Source: Alphaproteobacteria bacterium (GTDB lineage Bacteria > Pseudomonadota > Alphaproteobacteria > GCA-002720895). Taken from it: 49,135 nt of DNA. Positions 16,640 to 27,824 of the stretch are shown here, in pieces (position 1 is the first letter of the stretch; every line of letters begins with the position of its first letter). A program made the translations under genes and the position numbers. The stretch lies in the NCBI GenBank assembly GCA_022450705.1, contig JAKUPP010000004.1, positions 1 through 49,135 on the forward strand, in the 5' to 3' direction. Under the pieces are notes generated by a model. It was not told the DNA's origin, ran no database searches, and saw only the letters and a program-made list of their open reading frames with translations.

Positions 16640-18916
16640 TTATCGTAAAGATTTAGCAACTAAAGTCATAGATTTGAGAGCTTTTTTTACTTCTGGCCAA
16701 CCTCTTGTTTTTAAGCCGCAATCAGGATTTACCCAAATTTTTTCTTTATTTAAATATTTTTGAGCTTTTTTTAATAAAATCTTTATTTCAGAAAAAGTTG
16801 GTACCCTTGGTGAGTGAATATCGTAAACTCCAGGTCCAATGGAATTAGGATATTTATAATTCTTGAAAGAATCTAAAAGTTCCATATTAGATCTTGAAGT
16901 TTCTATTGATATAACGTCAGCATCTAATTTTTCAATTGAGTCTAAAATATCATCAAACTCGCAGTAACACATGTGAGTATGTATTTGTGTTTCATCTTTT
17001 ACAGATGATGAAGCAATTTTAAATGAATCTATTGCCCACTTCAAATAAGAATTCCATTCATTCTTTCTTAAAGGTAAACCTTCTCTTAAAGCAGGCTCAT
17101 CTATTTGTATAATTTTTAATCCATTTTTTTCCAAATCTAAAACTTCATCTAAAAGAGCTAATGCTATTTGTTTACATGTATATTCTCTTGGCTGATCATC
17201 TCTTACAAAAGACCATTGAAGAATGGTAACGGGGCCTGTTAACATCCCTTTGACAATTTTCTTTGTTAATGACTGTGCATATTTAGACCAAAAAATAGTC
17301 ATTGGTTTTGTTCTACTTATATCACCAAAAATAATTGGTGGTTTTACACATCTAGATCCGTAACTTTGAACCCAACCAAACTTTGTAAAAATAAAACCTT
17401 TAAGTTGTTCGCCAAAATATTCGACCATGTCATTTCTTTCAAACTCGCCATGAACAACAACATCTATTCCAATGCTTTCTTGAAACTTAATTGTTTTTTT
17501 TGTCTCTTTTTTTAAAAAATTTTCATATTTTTTTAAGTTTATTTCTTTTCTTTTAAACTTTAGTCTATATTTTCTTACTTCCGAAGTTTGTGGGAACGAA
17601 CCTATTGTTGTTGTAGGAAATAAAGGTAAATTAAGTTCGCTTTGTAACATTTTTCTCAAAAAATAGTTATTTTTTCTTCGTAACATTTTTGAAGAAATGG
17701 ATTTTATTCTTTTTTTTACGAAATTGTCATGTATAAGCTTTGAAGTTTTTCTTTTTTTTACCGAAATATTATTATTCATTAGAAATTTGCTATTTTGTAA
17801 TAAATTAGAATTAAAATATCTTTGTAAAAAAACTATCTCAGTTAACTTTTGATCAGCAAAAGAAAGCCAATCTTTTATATTATTATTTAAACTTTCTTCT
17901 TTATTTAAATCTACAGGGCTATGTAAAAGTGAACAAGATGAAGAGACGATTAACTTATCACTACTTATTTTTCTCTTTATTTTTTTTAATATATCGATGG
18001 ATTTTGATAAGTTATTTTTCCAAATATTTCTTCCATTAATTAAACCAGCTGAAAAAAATTTGTTTTTAGGAAAATTCTGAATAATTTTATTTAAATCCTT
18101 ACTTTCCGTATTTACTAAATCAATATGAATTCCATCTACATTAATTTTCTTTAAAAGACTGTAATTCGGATAAGTAGATGAAAAATATGAAGTTAATAAA
18201 ATTTTTGGTGAATCTTTACTTAAATTTTTATATGTTGAAATAAATTTCTTTTTTATATTATTTTCTATATCTAGCGCTAGTATTGGCTCATCAACTTGAA
18301 TCCATTCAGCTCCAAATTTTTTTAGTAATTTAAAAATTTCTCTATATACAGGAATTAATTTAGTTAATAAATTAAATCTATTAAATTTGTTAGAAGTAGA
18401 TTTTCCTAAAAATAAGAAAGATAGCGGGCCTAATATCACAGGTCTTGTTTTAATGCCAAAATTTTTTGCTTCTAAGAACTCATCTATAATTTTAGAAAAA
18501 GCTAATTTGAATTTTTGATTTGGTTTAAATTCAGGAACTATGTAATGATAATTTGTATCAAACCATTTAGTCATTTCCATAGCTTTAATATCTATTCGTC
18601 CTTTTTGATAACCTCTTGCCATTGCAAAATAGAGTTCTAATATGTTTTTTTTATTCTTTAACTTTTTAAATCTATCAGGGACAGCATCAACCGTTAAACA
18701 CATGTCTAAGACATGGTCGTATAATGAGAAATCATTTGAAGGTATAAAATTTATACCTGCTTTTCTTTGCTTTATCCAATTATTCTTTTTTATATTTGAT
18801 ATATTTTCAAACAAACTTGTTTGATTTATTTTTTTTTTCCAGAAAGATTCTAGAAGCCATTTTAATTCTCTATTTGGTCCAATACGTGGATATCCTAAAT
18901 TTGAGCTTAGTAACAT
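16640..18916 (-). CDS. metE: Cobalamin-independent methionine synthase
   Basis: LGYPRIG, KWFDTNYHY, PTTTIGSFPQT, HGEFERNDMV, Zn ligands THMCY and NPDCGLKTR. Confidence 0.97.
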   Translation of the reverse strand: MLLSSNLGYPRIGPNRELKWLLESFWKKKINQTSLFENISNIKKNNWIKQRKAGINFIPSNDFSLYDHVLDMCLTVDAVPDRFKKLKNKKNILELYFAMARGYQKGRIDIKAMEMTKWFDTNYHYIVPEFKPNQKFKLAFSKIIDEFLEAKNFGIKTRPVILGPLSFLFLGKSTSNKFNRFNLLTKLIPVYREIFKLLKKFGAEWIQVDEPILALDIENNIKKKFISTYKNLSKDSPKILLTSYFSSTYPNYSLLKKINVDGIHIDLVNTESKDLNKIIQNFPKNKFFSAGLINGRNIWKNNLSKSIDILKKIKRKISSDKLIVSSSCSLLHSPVDLNKEESLNNNIKDWLSFADQKLTEIVFLQRYFNSNLLQNSKFLMNNNISVKKRKTSKLIHDNFVKKRIKSISSKMLRRKNNYFLRKMLQSELNLPLFPTTTIGSFPQTSEVRKYRLKFKRKEINLKKYENFLKKETKKTIKFQESIGIDVVVHGEFERNDMVEYFGEQLKGFIFTKFGWVQSYGSRCVKPPIIFGDISRTKPMTIFWSKYAQSLTKKIVKGMLTGPVTILQWSFVRDDQPREYTCKQIALALLDEVLDLEKNGLKIIQIDEPALREGLPLRKNEWNSYLKWAIDSFKIASSSVKDETQIHTHMCYCEFDDILDSIEKLDADVISIETSRSNMELLDSFKNYKYPNSIGPGVYDIHSPRVPTFSEIKILLKKAQKYLNKEKIWVNPDCGLKTRGWPEVKKALKSMTLVAKSLR

Positions 18917-18925
18917 AAAAATATT

Positions 18926-20335
18926 CTATAACAAATAAATAGAGCCTAGTCCTAAAAATGTAAAAAAACCAAATATATCAGTTATTGTTGTTAATACTAC
19001 GGTAGATGCTATTGCAGGGTCAATACCTGTTTTATCTAAAATTAAAGGAATTAAGATACCTGATAAACATGCAATAATTAAATTAAGTATCATTGCTGCA
19101 GCTATAACAAAACCTAATAAAGGCATCTGAAACCAATAAGATGCAATTGTTCCAATTATTACGGCAAATATTAATCCGTTAATTGCTCCTACAGCAAATT
19201 CTTTACCTATAACACGTAAAGCATTTGCTCGTGTTATTTCTCTTAAAGCTAAAGCTCTAACCGCTACTGTTAATGTTTGAGTTCCAGCATTTCCACCCAT
19301 CGATGCAACTATAGGCATTAGTATAGCAAGAGCTACAACTTGTTTTAAAGATGTTTCAAAAATACCAATTACAAATGATGCGGCTATTGCTGTAAACAAG
19401 TTTATTAGTAACCAGCCAAATCTAGATTTTATTGTTTGAAGAACTGCGCTATAAGTATCTCCTGATTGAACTCCGCTTAACCTTAACAAATCTTCCTCTG
19501 CCTCTTCTTCAATAATATCAATAATATCATCATGATTAATTTGTCCGACAATTTTACCTGACTTATCTGTAACTGGGGCAGATATCAAATTATTTTGTTT
19601 AAATCCAAGTGCAATTTCTTCTTGGTCAGTGTCTATAGGAATAGTTTTAAATTGTGTATTCATAATATCTTTTACAATAGTGTTGCTGCTAGATCTTACT
19701 ATTGTATTTAAATTTAATGTTCCTATTGGTTTTCTTTTACTATCTAAAATATAAACCTCATATATATCATCGGGCAATAATTCCTTTTTTTGACGCAAAA
19801 ATTTTAATGTTTTTCCTATTGTCCATGAAGCAGAAACAGAGACTACGTTAGTAGACATGATACGACCAGCTGTATCTTCTGGAAACTTTAATCCTTTTTT
19901 TACTAGTTCTCTTTGACTTTTTTTTGGAAGTAATTTTAAATACTGTCCTCTTTTATCTTGATCTAACTCTTCTAAAACAACAATTAAATCATCTGTATCT
20001 AATTTTGAAACAACATCTAAAAATGTATGTTCTCCAACAACAGAAATTATTTCATTTCTTATTTCCTTATCTAATTCTAAAATTATCTCAGGTTCAATAG
20101 AAGAACCTAGAAAAAATATTAATTTCTTTCTATCACCTGCATCTAGTTGTTCAATTATATTTGCAATTTCACCAGAGCTTAAATCAGATAAAAAACTTTG
20201 TGTTTTATCAATTAACCCTAAGTTTATTGAATCCATTAAAGCATTAATGAATTTTGGAGGAACTGGAGCAATCTCTTTTTTTAATTTCTCGTAATCAGTC
20301 CTCTTGTTAAATATTTTTGTTAAAGATTTTAGCAT
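18926..20335 (-). CDS. mgtE: Magnesium transporter MgtE
   Basis: Tandem CBS domains (TAGRIM), PIVASMGGNAGTQ, DPAIAS..LTTITD. Confidence 0.95.
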   Translation of the reverse strand: MLKSLTKIFNKRTDYEKLKKEIAPVPPKFINALMDSINLGLIDKTQSFLSDLSSGEIANIIEQLDAGDRKKLIFFLGSSIEPEIILELDKEIRNEIISVVGEHTFLDVVSKLDTDDLIVVLEELDQDKRGQYLKLLPKKSQRELVKKGLKFPEDTAGRIMSTNVVSVSASWTIGKTLKFLRQKKELLPDDIYEVYILDSKRKPIGTLNLNTIVRSSSNTIVKDIMNTQFKTIPIDTDQEEIALGFKQNNLISAPVTDKSGKIVGQINHDDIIDIIEEEAEEDLLRLSGVQSGDTYSAVLQTIKSRFGWLLINLFTAIAASFVIGIFETSLKQVVALAILMPIVASMGGNAGTQTLTVAVRALALREITRANALRVIGKEFAVGAINGLIFAVIIGTIASYWFQMPLLGFVIAAAMILNLIIACLSGILIPLILDKTGIDPAIASTVVLTTITDIFGFFTFLGLGSIYLL

Positions 20336-20401
20336 TTTTAAATATTTAGAAAATTATTCATAGATATTGCTGTTAAATTGTTGTTTTTCAATGAAAAACT
20401 T

Positions 20402-20488
20402 TGGTGCGGCCGAGAAGACTTGAACTTCCACAGGATTACTCCCACAGCGCCCTCAACGCTGCGCGTCTACCAATTCCGCCACGGCCGC
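20402..20488 (-). tRNA. tRNA-Leu (anticodon GAG)
   Basis: GCGGCCGTGGCGGAATTGGTAGACGCG-CAGCG TTGAGGG CGCTG-long variable arm-GAAGTTCAAGTCTTC-TCGGCCGCACCA; CCA encoded. Confidence 0.96.
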
Positions 20489-20547
20489 ATTTTTTATTAA
20501 AAAAAAATAACGTAATTTTTAAGATTGTTTAGAAGATAAAGATAAAT

Positions 20548-20853
20548 TTATATGGTTTCAAGAATTTTTATTCCTTTTATATTATTTTTCATTTCAGTAA
20601 AATCATCTATATAATCCACTGTTATATCGTCAACTTCCGCTAACGGAGGCCCTTTTTTACATTTTTTTATCATTTCATTTAGATTTTTTTCTAGACCCGA
20701 AATTTCAGCCTCAACTTTATTGCTATTTCTATTTCTGACCCATCCTTTTAATTTTTTCTTTTCACCTTCACTTTGAAACCACCAGCGATATGAGACACCT
20801 TGAACTCTTCCCGAAATATAAATATGTACAATTTTTATAGGATTATTATTCAT
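20548..20853 (-). CDS. acyP: Acylphosphatase
   Basis: GRVQGVSYR, GWVRN, GPPLA; ATG at 20853. Confidence 0.93.
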   Translation of the reverse strand: MNNNPIKIVHIYISGRVQGVSYRWWFQSEGEKKKLKGWVRNRNSNKVEAEISGLEKNLNEMIKKCKKGPPLAEVDDITVDYIDDFTEMKNNIKGIKILETI

Positions 20854-22822
20854 CAAATTCTATGAGCACTTGGTCAACTTCAACAGCGTCATTAGGTTTT
20901 ACGTTTATTTTTTTTATTTTTGTATCTTTATCAGCTGTTATTAAATTTTCCATCTTCATTGCTTCAAGTATTAATAAATTTTCTCCAGACTTTATTTTTT
21001 GTCCATCTTTAACATTTATAGAAACAATTTTTCCAGGCATAGGTGCTAATAAAAACTTTGATAAATCTACAACATCTTCTTCAATCATATATTTCTCAAA
21101 TTTTGCAGTATTTTTATCATAAAAAACAAAATCAAATGAATAATCTAAATATGTAATAGAAGAGTAACTTTTAAATTTATCAAATTGTAATAGATATTTT
21201 TTTTTATTTATTTGAATATCAATTAAACTGTCATTTATTTTCCATGAACTTTTCACTTTAAATGAAGAATTTTTATAAATAATCTTAACTAAACCTTTTT
21301 TTCCTTCCTTAATTTCAACGGGGTACTTTTTTTTATCTAAAATTAAAACATAAGAACTCATTTTTTTATCAAAAAAATTATGACTTTCATTTTTTAAATA
21401 CTTGTATCCAATATATGAAGCAACAGAGATAAATATTTTTTTAAAGAGCTTATTTGGTGGTTGTGGATAGTTATAACCATCTTTGTATTCTTGATCTAAA
21501 AGTCCTGTGTGTATATCTCCTTTGGAAAAATTCTCAGATTTAAAAATAGAAATTAAAAACTTAATATTATTATTAAATCCTCTTAAATAATAAGAATTTA
21601 AAGCTTTTATCATTGTGCCAATGCACTGACTTCTATTCTTTCCTTTAACAACTAATTTAGCAAGCATAGGATCATAATTAATACTTACATCTGAGCCGTT
21701 AATAATACCTGAATCTAAACGTACATTTTTTAAATCTATTGGCTCAATATACTTTTTTACCCTTCCAACAGATGGTAAAAAATTTCTAATTGGATCTTCT
21801 GAATAAATTCTTGCCTCCATTGCCCAACCATTAATTTTTACATCATTTTGTTTAATTTTTAATTTTTTTTCATCTGCAATCCTTATCATTTGCTCGACTA
21901 AATCAATATTGGTAATTTCTTCAGTTACAGGGTGCTCTACCTGTAATCTTGTATTCATTTCTAAGAAATAAAAATTATTTTTTTGGTCTACTATAAATTC
22001 AACTGTTCCTGCTGATTGGTATCCTACTGCTTTGGCTAATGCTACTGCTTGTTCTCCCATTTCCCTTCTTAGTTTTTTAGATACAACGGAACTTGGCGCT
22101 TCTTCAATAATTTTTTGATGTCTTCTTTGTATTGAACACTCTCTTTCACCTAAATGAATTACATTTCCAAACTGATCAGCTAAAATTTGTATTTCAATAT
22201 GTCTAGGTTTTTCAATATATTTTTCTATAAATACTCTAGAATCTCCAAAACTTGATTTGGCTTCACTTGAGGCTAGTTGGAATGCATCTTTTACTTCTTT
22301 TGAGTTTCTTACAATTCTCATACCTTTTCCACCGCCCCCAGCAGAAGCTTTTATCATTAATGGAAAACCAATATCTTTAGAAATATTTGACGCATGCGAG
22401 TGATCCTTAATCACATCATTAAAACCAGGTATTGTATTTACTTTTGCCTTAATTGCTAAATTTTTAGATTGAATTTTGTCGCCCATAATTTTAATAGCTT
22501 CAATATTGGGACCAATAAATTTTATTTTTTCCTTTGATAGCTTTTGAACAAATTTAGAATTTTCAGATAAAAAACCGTATCCAGGATGTATAGCATCAGA
22601 ATTTGTTTCTTTAATTGCATTAATTATTTTTTCTATTGAAAGATAGCTTTCAGATGCAGGGGCCGGACCAATTAGAATAGATTCATCTGCTTCTAAAACA
22701 TGTTTAGAATATTCATCAGCTTCAGAATATACTGCGACTGTTCTTATTCCCATTTTTTTTGCAGTTTTGATTACTCTACATGCAATCTCTCCCCTGTTTG
22801 CAATGAGTATTTTTTTAATCAT
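20846..22822 (-). CDS. pccA: Propionyl-CoA carboxylase alpha chain (biotin carboxylase + BCCP)
   Basis: ILIANRGEIA, GGGGKGMR, ECSIQRRHQK, EMNTRLQVEH, biotin site EAMKM. Confidence 0.9.
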   Translation of the reverse strand: MIKKILIANRGEIACRVIKTAKKMGIRTVAVYSEADEYSKHVLEADESILIGPAPASESYLSIEKIINAIKETNSDAIHPGYGFLSENSKFVQKLSKEKIKFIGPNIEAIKIMGDKIQSKNLAIKAKVNTIPGFNDVIKDHSHASNISKDIGFPLMIKASAGGGGKGMRIVRNSKEVKDAFQLASSEAKSSFGDSRVFIEKYIEKPRHIEIQILADQFGNVIHLGERECSIQRRHQKIIEEAPSSVVSKKLRREMGEQAVALAKAVGYQSAGTVEFIVDQKNNFYFLEMNTRLQVEHPVTEEITNIDLVEQMIRIADEKKLKIKQNDVKINGWAMEARIYSEDPIRNFLPSVGRVKKYIEPIDLKNVRLDSGIINGSDVSINYDPMLAKLVVKGKNRSQCIGTMIKALNSYYLRGFNNNIKFLISIFKSENFSKGDIHTGLLDQEYKDGYNYPQPPNKLFKKIFISVASYIGYKYLKNESHNFFDKKMSSYVLILDKKKYPVEIKEGKKGLVKIIYKNSSFKVKSSWKINDSLIDIQINKKKYLLQFDKFKSYSSITYLDYSFDFVFYDKNTAKFEKYMIEEDVVDLSKFLLAPMPGKIVSINVKDGQKIKSGENLLILEAMKMENLITADKDTKIKKINVKPNDAVEVDQVLIEFDE

Positions 22823-22827
22823 TATAA

Positions 22828-24360
22828 TTAAAGAGGAATATTGTTATGTTTTTTTGGAGGATTTTTTAAAAATTTATTTTTTAACATTTTTAATGCTTTA
22901 CAAATTCTAGCTCTTGTTCCTGCGGGACGAATAATGTCATCTATAAAACCTCTAGAGCCAGCAATAAATGGGTTTGCAAATTTTTCTCTATATTCTTCTG
23001 TTCTTTCAGCAATTTTTTTTTTATCTTTTAAATCGCCACGAAAAATTATTTCAACTGCTCCTTTAGGACCCATAACTGCTATTTCGGCAGTAGGCCAGGC
23101 GTAATTTACATCTCCTCTTAAATGTTTAGAACTCATAACATCGTAAGCGCCTCCATATGCTTTTCTTGTAATAATAGTTATTTTGGGAACTGTTGCTTCT
23201 GTAAAAGCAAACAATAGTTTAGAGCCATGTTTTATTATTCCACCATACTCCTGTTTTGTTCCTGGTAAAAAACCAGGCACATCAACAAAAGTAATTAATG
23301 GAATATTAAAACAGTCGCAAAATCTTACAAACCTTGCTCCTTTTCTAGAAGAGTCAATATCTAAACAACCAGCTAATACTAAAGGTTGATTGGCAATAAC
23401 ACCTACAGGTTGTCCATCGATACGAGCAAAACCTGTAATAATATTTTTTGCATAGTTTTCTTGAATTTCAAAAAAATCTTCATTATCAATGATTTTATTA
23501 ATCACTTCTTTCATGTCATAGGGTTTGTTAGGATTTTTTGGTACTATTGTATTTAAAGATTCTTCATTTCGATTATCTTTATCAGTTTTTTTCATTAAAG
23601 GAGGCTTTTCTCTAAAAGATAAAGGAAAAAAATCAAACAATCTTCTAACCTCTTTTAATGCAACAATGTCATTCTTAAAAGAACCATCAGCAACACTTGA
23701 TTTTGTAGTGTGAGTTGAAGCACCTCCAAGTTCTTCATGGGTAACGCTTTCATGTGTAACAGTTTTAACTACATCAGGCCCAGTTACAAACATGTAAGAG
23801 GTTTTGTTTACCATAAAAATAAAATCTGTCATGGCTGGTGAGTAAACTGCTCCTCCTGCGCAGGGGCCCATAATAAGAGATATTTGTGGAATTACTCCAG
23901 AAGCTAAAACATTTTGTTCAAAAACTTTTGCATATGCAGCGAGTGAATCGACACCTTCTTGTATTCTTGCTCCTCCAGAATCATTTATTCCTATTACAGG
24001 TGCACCAACCTGCATTGCTTTTTTCATAATCTTTACAATTTTATTTGCATGAGCTTCTGATAAAGAGCCTCCAAAAACTGTAAAGTCTTGACTAAAAACA
24101 AAAACTTGTCTTCCGTTTATTGTTCCATGACCAGTAACCACTCCATCTCCTGGTACTTTATTTTTTGCCATACCAAAATCTGTAGACCTGTGTTCTACAA
24201 ACATATCCCACTCTTCAAATGAGTCTTTATCTAATAATATTTCAATTCTTTCCCTTGCAGTTAATTTTCCTTTTTCATGTTGGGCATCTATACGTTTTTT
24301 TCCACCACCCTTTTGAGCCTTTTTTCTTTTTTCTTCTAATAACTTGATTATGTCTTTCAT
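22828..24360 (-). CDS. pccB: Propionyl-CoA carboxylase beta chain (carboxyltransferase)
   Basis: [42 protein letters not shown]. Confidence 0.92.
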   Translation of the reverse strand: MKDIIKLLEEKRKKAQKGGGKKRIDAQHEKGKLTARERIEILLDKDSFEEWDMFVEHRSTDFGMAKNKVPGDGVVTGHGTINGRQVFVFSQDFTVFGGSLSEAHANKIVKIMKKAMQVGAPVIGINDSGGARIQEGVDSLAAYAKVFEQNVLASGVIPQISLIMGPCAGGAVYSPAMTDFIFMVNKTSYMFVTGPDVVKTVTHESVTHEELGGASTHTTKSSVADGSFKNDIVALKEVRRLFDFFPLSFREKPPLMKKTDKDNRNEESLNTIVPKNPNKPYDMKEVINKIIDNEDFFEIQENYAKNIITGFARIDGQPVGVIANQPLVLAGCLDIDSSRKGARFVRFCDCFNIPLITFVDVPGFLPGTKQEYGGIIKHGSKLLFAFTEATVPKITIITRKAYGGAYDVMSSKHLRGDVNYAWPTAEIAVMGPKGAVEIIFRGDLKDKKKIAERTEEYREKFANPFIAGSRGFIDDIIRPAGTRARICKALKMLKNKFLKNPPKKHNNIPL

Positions 24361-24489
24361 AAGATAATAAAATAAAGAGTTTACTTAAGTATGTTTACAA
24401 ACAATTCTACTAATTTTTTATTTTTTTTCACCTTTTAATCCACGTGCGTATTAATACAAGTGAAATATATAAATTAAAATAAAATTAAT

Positions 24490-24672
24490 TTATTGTTTTT
24501 TTGGATTTGGAAGCTTGGCTTCTTTGAACAAAACATGTTTTTTAGCTATTGGGTCAAATTTTTTAACTTCTAATTTAGATTTTTTTTCTCCTTTTGTACC
24601 TCTTTTAACAATATATGAGTAACCAGTCCCTGCTGTACTTAATAATCTTTTAACTTCAAATGTTCTTGCCAT
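24490..24672 (-). CDS. rpmG: 50S ribosomal protein L33 (Cys-free type)
   Basis: LLSTAGTGY.Y...K, KL...KFDP..KKHVLFKE. Confidence 0.88.
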   Translation of the reverse strand: MARTFEVKRLLSTAGTGYSYIVKRGTKGEKKSKLEVKKFDPIAKKHVLFKEAKLPNPKKQ

Positions 24673-25221
24673 TTATTTATCCTTTTTTTCTTCTAACTTT
24701 TTTGCAATTTCTTGATTTTCTTTCAATTCTTTTTCCGGTACATTTTCTTTAGCTGTTTGCTCGGTAGTTTCTTTAGGTGTATCAGCAATTTTTTCATCAG
24801 GTTTATTTTCATCAACTTCTTTCTTTTTTTGTACTGGACCTGAATCTAATCCTTTTGCTTTTTCATCTCTATCAACCAATTCTATCACTGCTAATGGTGC
24901 CATATCTCCATATCTAAAGCCGTTCTTAAGTATACGAATATAACCGCCTTTTCTAGTCTCATATCTTTTAGCTATGTTTGAAAAAAGTTTATCAGTAATT
25001 TTTTTATTTTTTAATATTGAATAAGCTTTTTTTTTGGATGCTAAGCTACCATTCTTTGCAAGAGTAATTATTTTTTCTACAAAAGGTCTCAAATTTTTTG
25101 CTTTGGGTAAAGTTGTGTTTATTTGTTCATGTTTAATCAAAGCCACTGCCATATTATTAAGCAAAGCTTTTCTGTGAGATGTGGTTCTATTAAGTTTATA
25201 TTTTAAAACTCTATGTCTCAT
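24673..25221 (-). CDS. rplQ: 50S ribosomal protein L17 (charged C-terminal tail)
   Basis: HRKALL.NM, TTLPKAK, GGYIRI.K.G.R.GD.A. Confidence 0.96.
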   Translation of the reverse strand: MRHRVLKYKLNRTTSHRKALLNNMAVALIKHEQINTTLPKAKNLRPFVEKIITLAKNGSLASKKKAYSILKNKKITDKLFSNIAKRYETRKGGYIRILKNGFRYGDMAPLAVIELVDRDEKAKGLDSGPVQKKKEVDENKPDEKIADTPKETTEQTAKENVPEKELKENQEIAKKLEEKKDK

Positions 25222-25225
25222 TACT

Positions 25226-26290
25226 TTACAAATTATCGTCTAGATTTTTAGATAACTCCTCAATATTTTCTGGTGGCCAATCGCTGATATCCATTCCAAG
25301 ATTTAAACCCATTTGCATTAAAACTTCTCTTATTTCATTTAGTGATTTTCTACCAAAATTCGGCGTTCTTAGCATATCGTTCTCAGATTTTTGAACTAGA
25401 TCACCAATATAAACAATATTATCATTTCTTAAACAGTTTGCAGATCTGACTGATAGTTCAAGTTCGTCGACTTTACGTAGAAGATTTCTATTAAATTTAA
25501 TTTCAGACTCTTCTTCTTTAGATTTGTCATCGATTTCTGGCTCTTCAAAATTAATAAAATACTGCAATTGTTCTTGTAAGATTCTAGCAGACATTGCTAT
25601 TGCATCATCTGGTTCCATGGAGCCATTGGTCTCTACATTTAAAGTGAGTTTGTCGTAATCGGTTACTTGCCCAACTCTAGAATTCTCAATATTATATGAG
25701 ACTTTCTTTACAGGAGAAAAAATAGAGTCAACAAGTATAAGTCCTATTTGTTTATCTTCTTTTTTTTGTAGTTCAGCTGCGACATATCCTTTACCATTTT
25801 GTACAGTTAATTCTAGATTTATTTTTGCGGACTTATCAAGATGACACAAAATCAAATCTGGATTTATAATTTCAATATCACTTCCTGCTTCAATGTCTGA
25901 TGCTTTAACCTCTCCTGGACCAGAAGCTTTTAATGACATTTTTTTTGGCTGATCGCTATTTAATTTTAAGGCTAATGACTTAATATTTAAAATAAATTCA
26001 GTAACATCTTCGATCATTCCTGGAATAGAAGAAAATTCATGCAAAACTCCATCTATTTGTATAGATGTAACTGCGGCTCCTTGAAGAGAAGATAATAAAA
26101 TTCTTCTTAAAGCATTTCCAATTGTTAACCCAAAACCTCTTTCCAAAGGTTCTATAGAAACTGATCCATAAGTTTTTTTATCTTTTTTATCTACATCTAT
26201 TTTTGTAGGCTTTATTAATTCTGTCCAATTTTTATATGCAAATGGCTCTGGTTTTTTTAAATTTTCATTATTTTCTTCTTTTTTATTCAT
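25226..26290 (-). CDS. rpoA: RNA polymerase alpha subunit
   Basis: [44 protein letters not shown]. Confidence 0.97.
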   Translation of the reverse strand: MNKKEENNENLKKPEPFAYKNWTELIKPTKIDVDKKDKKTYGSVSIEPLERGFGLTIGNALRRILLSSLQGAAVTSIQIDGVLHEFSSIPGMIEDVTEFILNIKSLALKLNSDQPKKMSLKASGPGEVKASDIEAGSDIEIINPDLILCHLDKSAKINLELTVQNGKGYVAAELQKKEDKQIGLILVDSIFSPVKKVSYNIENSRVGQVTDYDKLTLNVETNGSMEPDDAIAMSARILQEQLQYFINFEEPEIDDKSKEEESEIKFNRNLLRKVDELELSVRSANCLRNDNIVYIGDLVQKSENDMLRTPNFGRKSLNEIREVLMQMGLNLGMDISDWPPENIEELSKNLDDNL

Positions 26291-26324
26291 ATTTATCCTT
26301 TTTTACCTTTCATTATTTATAAAA

Positions 26325-26792
26325 TTAAACTCTTCTTCTTTTTGGAGGTCTACAACCATTATGCGGCAATGGTGTAACGTCCTTTATAGAGGTTATTGTA
26401 AATCCAACAGCTTGCAACGCTCTTAACGCAGATTCTCTTCCAGCTCCAGGACCTTTAATATATATATCTAAAGTTTTAACACCGTGAAACTTAGCTTTTT
26501 CACCAGCATCTGATGCTGCAATTTGTGCAGCATATGGAGTTGATTTTCTAGAACCTTTAAAACCTTTTACGCCAGATGAAGACCATGATAGCGTATTACC
26601 TTTAACATCAGTTATGTTAATAACTGTATTATTAAAAGTAGCGTTAACATGGGCTATGGCATTAGGAATACTTTTTCTTACTTTCTTTTTAAGAAATCTT
26701 TTTTTTGGCTTTGCTTTTTCCTTATCTTCTTGCTTTTCTTCTACTTTTTCGTTTTCTTTTGTTTTTAATTTTTCTTTTTTTTCATCAATCAT
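26325..26792 (-). CDS. rpsK: 30S ribosomal protein S11 (N-terminal extension)
   Basis: [30 protein letters not shown]. Confidence 0.97.
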   Translation of the reverse strand: MIDEKKEKLKTKENEKVEEKQEDKEKAKPKKRFLKKKVRKSIPNAIAHVNATFNNTVINITDVKGNTLSWSSSGVKGFKGSRKSTPYAAQIAASDAGEKAKFHGVKTLDIYIKGPGAGRESALRALQAVGFTITSIKDVTPLPHNGCRPPKRRRV

Positions 26793-26798
26793 ATAAAA

Positions 26799-27176
26799 TT
26801 AAGCAACTGCTTTCTTTTTATTAGCAATCGCTACTCCTTTTCCTTTACGGGTTCTGGCATTAGTATGAGTTCTTTGGCCTCTAACTGGAAGTTTCTTTCT
26901 ATGTCTGAGTCCTCTGTAAGTTCCTAAATCAGTTAGTCTTTTGATATTTAATGAGACTTCGCTTCTAAGATCACCTTCTACCTTAAATTTACCTTCTATA
27001 TATTCTCTAATTTTTAAAACTTCTTCATCTGTTAATTTGTTTACTCTTTTATCATCAGAAATACCAATATCTTTACATATTTTGTTAGCTATTGTTGGTC
27101 CTATTCCAAATATATATGTTAAAGCAACTTTAACACGTTTGTTAGTAGGTAAATTTACACCAGAAATTCTCGCCAA
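26799..27176 (-). CDS. rpsM: 30S ribosomal protein S13
   Basis: [28 protein letters not shown]; TTG start. Confidence 0.97.
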   Translation of the reverse strand: MARISGVNLPTNKRVKVALTYIFGIGPTIANKICKDIGISDDKRVNKLTDEEVLKIREYIEGKFKVEGDLRSEVSLNIKRLTDLGTYRGLRHRKKLPVRGQRTHTNARTRKGKGVAIANKKKAVA

Positions 27177-27201
27177 TTGAATACCTTAAAAAATAAAACG
27201 A

Positions 27202-27229
27202 ATTATACTAATTAATGATTTTAAGTCAA
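27202..27229 (-). promoter_or_regulatory. Putative sigma70 promoter of the alpha operon
   Basis: Minus strand TTGACT-16 nt-TATAAT between adk and rpsM. Confidence 0.65.
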
Positions 27230-27254
27230 TAAAAACTAACATTATATAAATTTA

Positions 27255-27824
27255 CTAAATTTCATCTATAGATTTAGACATGTCATTACTTACACTTTCA
27301 ATAGCTTGCATGCCATCTAATGTTTTTAAAATATTGTTTTTTTTATATAAATCTATTAAAGGAGTAGTTTCTTTTAAATATACGTCTAATCTTGATTTTA
27401 GAACATCAACGTTATCATCGTCTCTATTTTCTTCTGATTGTCTTTTTTGAATTCTTTTTATTATTTCTTCTTCATCTATTAAAATATGAATAACACAATC
27501 AATTTTTTGTTTCTTTTTTTTTAATAATTCTTCAAATCCGCGTGCTTGATCTACATTTCTAGGAAAACCATCAAATAATATTCCTTTATTTCTTGATAAT
27601 TCTTCTGAAAGAATTTTTTCAACAATTTTAATTATTATTTCATCTCCAACTAACTTTCCCGCATTAATAATACTTTCAATTTTTTGACCTATTTCTGATT
27701 TCTTTTTTATTTCATCTCTTAAAATATCACCGGTTGAAAAATGAAAGAGTTCTTTTGATTTGCAAAGTATATTTGCCTGTGTGCCTTTGCCTGCTCCTGG
27801 CGGTCCTAGGAGAACAACGATCAT
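27255..27824 (-). CDS. adk: Adenylate kinase (short-LID type)
   Basis: GPPGAGKGTQ, STGDILR, DGFPR, RDDD. Confidence 0.96.
   Translation of the reverse strand: MIVVLLGPPGAGKGTQANILCKSKELFHFSTGDILRDEIKKKSEIGQKIESIINAGKLVGDEIIIKIVEKILSEELSRNKGILFDGFPRNVDQARGFEELLKKKKQKIDCVIHILIDEEEIIKRIQKRQSEENRDDDNVDVLKSRLDVYLKETTPLIDLYKKNNILKTLDGMQAIESVSNDMSKSIDEI

Noticed and set aside
20383-20488. tRNA-Leu as an integration site, and the small hairpin GTTTTTC-AAT-GAAAAAC after it as a terminator
   Set aside because: No integrase or duplicated tRNA 3' end noticed; the hairpin is weak and lacks a U tract on the tRNA strand
24380-24401. TTTACAAA upstream of pccB resembling a PccR half-site
   Set aside because: Only one imperfect copy without the paired site; expected by chance in AT-rich DNA
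26290-27824. Absence of rpsD, rpmJ, infA and map from the spc/alpha region
   Set aside because: Normal alphaproteobacterial gene order, not novel
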